Source: an uncultured Poribacteria bacterium
Lineage (GTDB): Bacteria > Poribacteria > WGA-4E > WGA-3G
NCBI GenBank assembly: GCA_951813545.1
Contig: OX638352.1
Span: 2,432,835 to 2,496,834 of the forward strand
Direction of reading: 5' to 3'
Length of the DNA: 64,000 nucleotides
In this document: piece after piece, positions 57,738 through 64,000 of the stretch
Layout: every line of letters begins with the position of its first letter
Position numbering within the stretch: position 1 is the first letter of the stretch
The notes under the pieces: model-generated
Seen by the model: the letters and a program-made list of their open reading frames with translations, nothing else
Databases searched by the model: none
Told to the model about the DNA's origin: nothing
Position numbers and translations under genes: made by a program

Positions 57738-58428
57738 AGGTGCAACTGCAAACACCTCTGTCCAGTACGCCGCGGATCTTTATAATGTCAAAGAGGTAAC
57801 CCTTCACGGCACAGCGGACTTATCGTTCTGGGAAGCAGTATTACGCAAGGAGGGTCTTTTCCCATACCAAGAAGCGGGTAAGGCAAATCTCCTGCTCAGC
57901 GCGATAAATGCGAAGTGGAGGAGATTCAAGTTTAGGGAGTTTGTGATTGCTGTTGGCGTTTGTCTCAATGAAAATGGAACAAGTTTGGATGGGTACTATC
58001 TACCACATGCATTTAATTCGTCTAAACTCTTGGCTTTTTCGGAAAGAGTTTTCTTCCAGACCCCTTATTTTCAAGGCGACATCCAACTTCAAAACAAACT
58101 CCCGGCTTCTATTAAATTGCAAGACAGAACAGGTGTTCTTCTCCACGCGGAAATGTCTACTCCTGAGATGTTACCGATAGTTGAATATTTAGAATGGAAA
58201 GGACCTATTTTTCTGCCGAATAACCGCGGTAAATTCTTCGCTGTATTGGCGGGTGAAGCGAAAATTTATCCGTTTTCATCCGAAACAGATAGGTTTGAAC
58301 TCAAACCATCAGCGCGCCATGGAATTTTTCAACAACTTATTGATAGCAATTTTGCTGGCAGCGTATGGAGTCTGAGAAGTAATTCCCGCCACGCAAAGTC
58401 AAAGACTTACAAGCGAGATTCTGAATAA
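57730..58428 (+). CDS. Hypothetical protein
   Basis: ATG overlaps the stop of the upstream GH32 gene. 232 aa with no motif. Confidence 0.5.
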   Translation: MRKGATANTSVQYAADLYNVKEVTLHGTADLSFWEAVLRKEGLFPYQEAGKANLLLSAINAKWRRFKFREFVIAVGVCLNENGTSLDGYYLPHAFNSSKLLAFSERVFFQTPYFQGDIQLQNKLPASIKLQDRTGVLLHAEMSTPEMLPIVEYLEWKGPIFLPNNRGKFFAVLAGEAKIYPFSSETDRFELKPSARHGIFQQLIDSNFAGSVWSLRSNSRHAKSKTYKRDSE

Positions 58429-58441
58429 GGGGTAATCCAAC

Positions 58442-60064
58442 ATGGCAGATACATGGGAAAAACTCCGAGGTAAAACCTATCCGGATACAGAGACGGGACA
58501 GTTCGCTGCCCTTGAAACGGATGAGACAGTACGCGACTACAAGAAACGGAGAGAGGCGTGGGCATCAGATTCCTACCGTCCCATCTATCACATGTCTTCT
58601 CTCTACGGCATGGGCGATGCGAACGGACTTTGCCAATGGCAGGGTAGGTATCATCTCTTTTATCAATTCGGTCCCCCGGGTGCTGATCGGGTTCACTGGG
58701 GGCACTGCTACAGTGAAGATCTGGTGCATTGGCATGATTTACCGCCTGCACTGTATCCTGATACTGAACTACACTGCTTCAGCGGTCAGTGTCTCGTGGA
58801 AGATGAACGGGTTGTTGCTATCTACCACGGCAAAATGTCCGGGAATAGCATCGCTACTGCGAGCGATCCGCTACTGCTTAACTGGAAAAAGCATCCGAAT
58901 AACCCTGTCATTCCTAATGTCGAGACCAATGAATACGAGCAGCCCTATAACGTCTTCGATCCGTGTATCTGGAAAGAAAAGGATGGGTATTATTCAATTT
59001 CTGGCACATCAGCCAACGGTTGGATCCGAGAACGACGTAGATCTGCCTCACACCTCTTTTATTCAAGGGACCTGACACATTGGGAGTATCTCCATCCGCT
59101 GCTGATTGACGATGTTTTTTGCGACCTCGGTGAAGACGGAGCAGTGCCAAACTTCTTACCTATCGGAAACGGTAAGCATATCCTGCTTCTTTTCAGCCAC
59201 AAACGTTCAGCGCGCTACTATATTGGCGAGTACGACAGCGGGACCCATAAGTTCACGCCTGAATATCACGGTAGAATCAACCACGGTACCTTCGGTGGCG
59301 GGATGGTCTCTTGTCCCTCCGCGGCGATAGATACAACAGGTCGCCTCATCACCATATTAAACTGCTCGGATGGGAGACAGAGTGAGCAAGCCGCATCTGG
59401 ACTGTGTATGACACTCCCGTGGCACCTCACGCTCAAAGAGGACAACGCGCTGGCGATACAACCGGTTGAGGAGGTGAAAAGCCTACGGGACACGCACACC
59501 CGCCTCACGGACGTTGCGCTGTCAGCAAACGAAGAAAGCATTCTTGATGATGTGGCGGGCAAAGCGATTGAGATAGAAATGACTGTAGAAATCGGGACAG
59601 CGCGAGAGTTCGGTTTGTATGTGTTCCGTTCACCGAACGGGGACGAACGGACGAAAATCTCTATCTACAACCACAGGCACGGCAAAACCAACGATAGTTT
59701 GCAGATTGATATGTCCTATTCCTCTTTGCGTACAGACCTTGTTGGCAAACCGCCTGAGACTGCGCCGTTTCGCTTGAGCAGTGACGGTAAAGTCCGACTC
59801 CGCATTTTCCTTGACCGTAGCCTCATTGAGGTCTTCGCAGATAACGGGGAATGCTTTCCTGAATGGACGTATCCGAGGAAAGGTATTGACAAACTGTTCC
59901 CACTGTTCTCTCGGCAGTGTGCTGTTGCCCGTGTTTATCCGCTGCAAGAAGAGAGCAACGGCATCTCGCTTTTCGCCATCGGCGGGGAGGCGAAGGTTGT
60001 TTCGATGGATGTGTGGCAGATGCGTTCGATCTGGCAAGAGTTGAGATATCGGGAAGGACAGTAG
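58442..60064 (+). CDS. GH32 glycoside hydrolase (paralog)
   Basis: GDANGLCQWQGRYHLFYQFGP, WGHCYSEDLVHW and FDPCIW. Confidence 0.85.
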   Translation: MADTWEKLRGKTYPDTETGQFAALETDETVRDYKKRREAWASDSYRPIYHMSSLYGMGDANGLCQWQGRYHLFYQFGPPGADRVHWGHCYSEDLVHWHDLPPALYPDTELHCFSGQCLVEDERVVAIYHGKMSGNSIATASDPLLLNWKKHPNNPVIPNVETNEYEQPYNVFDPCIWKEKDGYYSISGTSANGWIRERRRSASHLFYSRDLTHWEYLHPLLIDDVFCDLGEDGAVPNFLPIGNGKHILLLFSHKRSARYYIGEYDSGTHKFTPEYHGRINHGTFGGGMVSCPSAAIDTTGRLITILNCSDGRQSEQAASGLCMTLPWHLTLKEDNALAIQPVEEVKSLRDTHTRLTDVALSANEESILDDVAGKAIEIEMTVEIGTAREFGLYVFRSPNGDERTKISIYNHRHGKTNDSLQIDMSYSSLRTDLVGKPPETAPFRLSSDGKVRLRIFLDRSLIEVFADNGECFPEWTYPRKGIDKLFPLFSRQCAVARVYPLQEESNGISLFAIGGEAKVVSMDVWQMRSIWQELRYREGQ

Positions 60065-60117
60065 CACTTCTACAATAGGAAACTGCCCTTGCGGAACAAT
60101 CGTATAAGTTAAGTTTA

Positions 60118-61236
60118 ATGATTTTTACTTCAAGAGTGATGATTAACTCGATGAAATTAATGCCGTCAAATAACACACCTGCCTTGTTTGGGTTAAACCC
60201 ATCTAACACAAATAAGGACTTCAGGGAAGCAAAAGCGTGGGGGAAAAATAGTTTTAACAACTGTTTCCCGATAGCCTTACTATGTTATATGCAAAGTCAA
60301 AATACCGCTCCTGTGTATTTGACTGTAGACGAAAAGTGGAATATTGTTCCTGAGAAGATTGATGTGAATTCCATCTTTGGACATGCGTATGATTCTGAGG
60401 ACATTTTCTTTGGTTTTGAGTCTACTTATGGGCAAAGTCAGCGATTAGTTAAGGGAACTTTGCCTCGAATTGATTTAGTGGTAATGGATACTTCTGATTC
60501 TGAAAGTCCTTGGCTACGAGCGTTAGAGATTAAATTAACAACTTTACCTGATAATTCAACTTGCGACTTTTCTGAAGAAGAGTACGGTTGTGAACTTGTG
60601 GTGCGTCCGAATACGATTATCCATTTAACACTTGAGATTGTTAGTCAGTATGCCGAACATCAGAGCGAACTTTCAGACAGTCTACGCCCTATTTTTCACA
60701 ATAACTTTAACTGGGAATCAGAAAATAGCATGCTGGAGGAAATACCTCATATTATTCAAATTATCAGGACTCTGTTACTTGCGAAAATAGACGATCAGCT
60801 TCCATTAGTTATACAGCCTATTTGGAAAACTATTGGGAAATCCTCTCGGCTTCATGAGAACTGCTTAGATGTTTTCGTTTGGAGTACGTTCGCTTTTGCG
60901 AAACTGCTTTTAGATACAGTTGAACAAGGGCGTTCCAGAAAATTCTCACGAGCAAAGCGAGCAGTTTTGTGGATGGTGAAGATGCTTTCTGATTTTGCTA
61001 CAGATGGAAAAATTGATCCACAGACCGTCAGTGTCGGATTTACGAGACAAACAGACAAAGCCTTTGCATTGAGTGGAAGAAAGACGCACCCTTATATGTC
61101 CTGTGCAGAACTCTCACGTCCAAGAATCAAAAAAACTGAAATTAAAAACATTATCTTGGGACAGGGAGAAAAGTTGCTTAGTCCAGAAAGGCGATTTGAT
61201 GCGATTCTGGTTAATTCTCCCGAACTTTTTACGTAA
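60118..61236 (+). CDS. Type II restriction endonuclease, PD-(D/E)xK fold (candidate)
   Basis: IDLVVMDTSD...LRALEIKLTT fits a D-x(n)-E-x-K nuclease core. The gene is AT-rich and sits immediately upstream of a C5-MTase, 16 bp away. Confidence 0.6.
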   Translation: MIFTSRVMINSMKLMPSNNTPALFGLNPSNTNKDFREAKAWGKNSFNNCFPIALLCYMQSQNTAPVYLTVDEKWNIVPEKIDVNSIFGHAYDSEDIFFGFESTYGQSQRLVKGTLPRIDLVVMDTSDSESPWLRALEIKLTTLPDNSTCDFSEEEYGCELVVRPNTIIHLTLEIVSQYAEHQSELSDSLRPIFHNNFNWESENSMLEEIPHIIQIIRTLLLAKIDDQLPLVIQPIWKTIGKSSRLHENCLDVFVWSTFAFAKLLLDTVEQGRSRKFSRAKRAVLWMVKMLSDFATDGKIDPQTVSVGFTRQTDKAFALSGRKTHPYMSCAELSRPRIKKTEIKNIILGQGEKLLSPERRFDAILVNSPELFT

Positions 61237-61252
61237 AAGGTAGGAAACACAA

Positions 61253-62230
61253 ATGTCTATGAAATTTATTGATCTCTTCGCCGGATGTGGTGGTATGACA
61301 CTCGGATTCCAAAATGCCGGTTTTGAAGCAGTTGCCGCCTTTGATAACTGGGAACCAGCAGTTCAGGTCTATCGTGCTAATTTTTCACATAACATACACA
61401 AAATAGATCTCGGCAATTGGCAAGAAGGTTTAGAAATATTAAACGCATATCAATTTGATATGATTATTGGCGGACCTCCGTGTCAAGATTTTTCGCATGC
61501 AGGTAAACGGAACGAGGACTTGGGAAGAGCGAATCTAACCGTAAGTTTTGCGCAGATTGTCGCGCATACAAAACCGCAATGGTTTGTCATGGAAAACGTG
61601 GATAGAACTGTGAAAAGCCAACGGTATAAGCAGGCAGATGAGATTCTCAGAGCAGCAGGATATTCACTAACACAGCGAATTTTAGACGCAAACCAGTGTG
61701 GTGTTCCGCAAAGAAGGAAACGTCTTTTTCTTATTGGTGAATTAGGACTATCTATCTCTGTAGATAGCAGATCCCTCGCGAGTTATTTGGATAACAATCT
61801 GACTACCAAACCGATGACAGTGCGTGATTACTTGGGGGATAGTCTCGATGTTGCCCACTACTACCGACATCCTCGCAACTATAGCCGCCGCGCTGTCTTT
61901 AGCATTGATGAACCGAGTCCAACAGTAAGAGGCGTTAATCGCCCAATTCCAAAAACCTATAAGGCGCATCCGAAGGACACTGCACTTATTTCAGAAAAAG
62001 TGCGTCCACTCACAACCTTAGAAAGAAGTTACCTCCAAACCTTTCCAAAAAACTTTCATTTCACTGGATCGAAAACCGATTTGGAGCAGATGATTGGGAA
62101 TGCTGTACCAGTGAAACAGGCAGAGTACATTGCACGTTGCATCGGTGCCTACATTTCCGAAGAGGGGGACACCTTAAATCCAATCAAGCAGGAATCTGTT
62201 CAGATGCTTCTATTTCGAGAATCAAACTGA
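61253..62230 (+). CDS. DNA (cytosine-5)-methyltransferase
   Basis: Motif I FAGCGGMTLGF, motif IV GGPPCQDFSHAGKR, motif VI FVMENV, motif VIII QRRKRLFLIG, and motif X GNAVPV. Confidence 0.9.
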   Translation: MSMKFIDLFAGCGGMTLGFQNAGFEAVAAFDNWEPAVQVYRANFSHNIHKIDLGNWQEGLEILNAYQFDMIIGGPPCQDFSHAGKRNEDLGRANLTVSFAQIVAHTKPQWFVMENVDRTVKSQRYKQADEILRAAGYSLTQRILDANQCGVPQRRKRLFLIGELGLSISVDSRSLASYLDNNLTTKPMTVRDYLGDSLDVAHYYRHPRNYSRRAVFSIDEPSPTVRGVNRPIPKTYKAHPKDTALISEKVRPLTTLERSYLQTFPKNFHFTGSKTDLEQMIGNAVPVKQAEYIARCIGAYISEEGDTLNPIKQESVQMLLFRESN

Positions 62231-62262
62231 GATAACTTCTGAGGCTAAACTGAGACTATCCT

Positions 62263-63474
62263 ATGCTTTATTTAACTGTTATTTTCGCGGTCTATATCCT
62301 ATTTTTTTCAATCCAACTGACAGCAACTGCGCAAAGCGTCAACATCCGCGAACCTATCCCGCCACCGGCTGCCGTTCGCAAAACTTTTAACCTGGACCCA
62401 TTTTACAAGCAGTGGACTGATGTGGAAGGATTGCCTGTTGTCGCATCATCGAAGGTGAACCCTTATGCTATAAAAGAAGCAGCATGGCTCATTCGACAGA
62501 TGATTGGGCATCGTCAGGATGTGTTGCAGGCACTCGCAGAAAATAACGTGCGTTTTGCTGTGATGGCACATAACGAACTAACAACACAGATTCCCGAACA
62601 CAGTGATCTGCAACCCGACTATTATTGGGATCGGCGCGCACGCGGTTTGGGTTCCACGCCATCAAGGCCTGCTGTAAGTTGTGGTGAAGAAAATCTGCTT
62701 AACTATTCAGGAGACCCTTATTCGACTGAGAACATTCTGGTACACGAATTCGCGCATGCAATTCACCAAATGGGATTGAATACTGTTGATTCCAGTTTTG
62801 ATGACCGCCTTAAAACAATATATGACGCTGCAGTCGAAAAAGGATTGTGGAAAGACACCTACGCCATTACAAACAAGGCGGAGTACTGGGCTGAAGGTAC
62901 ACAATCTTGGTTTGATACAAACCGGGCAAACGATGACCAACATAACCATGTAGACACACGGGACAAATTGAAAGAATACGATCCAGCACTCGCCACACTG
63001 CTCACCGAAATTTTTGGCGATAAGGATTGGCGATACACACAGGCGATAACTCGCACGCATCTCGTGCATCTCCAAGGGTTCAACCCTGAAGAATCCCCAG
63101 AGTTTGAATGGCCCCCTGAATTGATAGAATTGACAGAGTTCCACCAGCGATTAAAGGACCCAGACAGCGATGGTAATGGCAAGTGGATAGACTTAAAGGA
63201 GCACGATCCGAGTCTGCTGCCAAATTTAAAGTCTGGAGACGACGACACCGAAACCGCAATTATCTTCGTGAACAGTACGAAAACCGAGATCGCCTACTAT
63301 TGGGTAGATTATGAAGGGAATGAGAAATCCTACGGCAAGATCGCCCCAGATGCCTTCGTCAATCAACACACGTATGCCGGACATATCTGGCTTATCAAAG
63401 ACCTGAACGGACGTAACCTTGCCGTATTCCGCGCTGAAGAAAAAACCGGGCGGGCATTTGTTGGTAAAGACTAA
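62263..63474 (+). CDS. Secreted HExxH zincin-like metallopeptidase domain fused to a C-terminal VHL-beta-like domain
   Basis: Signal peptide MLYLTVIFAVYILFFSIQLTATAQS. NILVHEFAHAIHQMG ... EYWAEGTQSWFD. C-terminal IIFVNSTKTEIAYYWVDYEGNEKSYGKIAPDAFVNQHTYAGHIWLIKDLNGRNLAVF aligns with the pVHL beta domain [57 protein letters not shown]. Confidence 0.65.
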   Translation: MLYLTVIFAVYILFFSIQLTATAQSVNIREPIPPPAAVRKTFNLDPFYKQWTDVEGLPVVASSKVNPYAIKEAAWLIRQMIGHRQDVLQALAENNVRFAVMAHNELTTQIPEHSDLQPDYYWDRRARGLGSTPSRPAVSCGEENLLNYSGDPYSTENILVHEFAHAIHQMGLNTVDSSFDDRLKTIYDAAVEKGLWKDTYAITNKAEYWAEGTQSWFDTNRANDDQHNHVDTRDKLKEYDPALATLLTEIFGDKDWRYTQAITRTHLVHLQGFNPEESPEFEWPPELIELTEFHQRLKDPDSDGNGKWIDLKEHDPSLLPNLKSGDDDTETAIIFVNSTKTEIAYYWVDYEGNEKSYGKIAPDAFVNQHTYAGHIWLIKDLNGRNLAVFRAEEKTGRAFVGKD

Positions 63475-63485
63475 GGAAGAATCAG

Positions 63486-64000
63486 AGTGAATCAGACTGT
63501 CCAAAAGGTTACTGCATTTATCGTCCGCGAAAAAGACGGGATCAAAGAATTGCTTGTCTTTAAACATCCGACTGCGGGTGTCCAAATTCCTGCTGGAACA
63601 GTTGAAAAGGGTGAAAATATTGAAGTCGCTGTGAAGAGAGAGGCATACGAGGAAACAGGCTTACAGTTTGTAAAAATTGAAAACTATCTGGGTTGTTTTG
63701 AAAATGAATTGGAAAATAACCAAAGAATAATAGCGGAAACAACGCCAGTTTACATCGAACCCAATTTAAGTGCAATTCCCTACAAGCGAAAGCTGCCCAA
63801 AGGGCTTACCATTGATTACCTTTCCACACAGGAGGATTTCACACGCATTTCGTACATTGAGTACGAATATGACCAATTTTACAAACCCATACACATTGAC
63901 GCTAACATTACCGGATGGGTACCGAATGAAAACTTAAGTGCGCAGAAAAAAAGACATTTTTTCCTTATGTCCACACAAGAGAAAACGGCGGATGCATGGG
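63486..64000 (+). CDS. NUDIX hydrolase; the 3' end lies outside the window
   Basis: AAGGAAG RBS then GTG. Nudix box GTVEKGENIEVAVKREAYEETGL. Confidence 0.7.

Noticed and set aside
1-64000. tRNA, rRNA, tmRNA, RNase P or SRP RNA genes
   Set aside because: No GTTCGAATCC-type T-arm signatures, no rRNA-like conserved blocks and no RNase P or SRP motifs were found by eye. This is not an exhaustive search.

Overview
This 64-kb window looks like a bacterial chromosomal segment that mixes housekeeping genes with a large accessory load. It reads as an uncultured, possibly host-associated lineage, because it is rich in eukaryote-like domains (C-type lectin, ankyrin, TPR, VHL-beta, concanavalin-like jelly rolls).

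The first 8.4 kb is an array of paralogous secreted or lipoprotein genes that carry a carboxypeptidase-regulatory-like domain. The complete copies end in a C-type lectin domain. This array has been hit by three mobile elements. An IS4/IS701-like IS is flanked by a fresh 6-bp target site duplication (TSD). A 201-bp MITE-like element has a 10-bp TSD. A TnpB-only IS200/IS605-family element splits one paralog into a pseudogene.

Housekeeping genes follow. They include pyrB (unusually fused to a PyrI-type zinc domain), pyrD, aroC and a ROK kinase, plus two half-size CHAD-domain paralogs. At 17.6-21.3 kb there is a compact operon of three genes. The first encodes an unannotatable 559-aa protein. The second is an ABC-type AAA_15/21 ATPase. 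The third is a DUF4435/Toprim protein. The last two look like a PARIS-like (AriA/AriB) anti-phage module, with what appears to be an additional upstream component.

A degraded stretch at 23-26 kb contains an ATPase gene fragment and a frameshifted ECF sigma gene. An intact ECF sigma gene is followed by a Gly-zipper secreted protein with a perfect (GS)17 tract, encoded by a 12-nt tandem repeat, and then a small membrane protein.

The rest of the window encodes TPR-thioredoxin (TlpA-like) paralogs and sugar-utilisation genes (GH32 x2, GH95, sulfatase, uxuA). It also holds four secreted concanavalin/LamG-like paralogs that share conserved N- and C-terminal tails, and an ankyrin-repeat gene abutting a second TnpB element. 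An orphan beta-class DNA methyltransferase is present. A Type II R-M pair (PD-(D/E)xK endonuclease plus C5-cytosine MTase) lies next to a secreted HExxH metallopeptidase fused to a VHL-beta-like domain. A NUDIX gene is cut by the window end.

Several short repeat families populate the intergenic regions. They include families with the CGCTGGCRGGG and GCCCCGTAGGGGC hairpin cores, and a conserved AACAACGGCAGCA hairpin loop. No rRNA, tRNA or CRISPR array was recognised.
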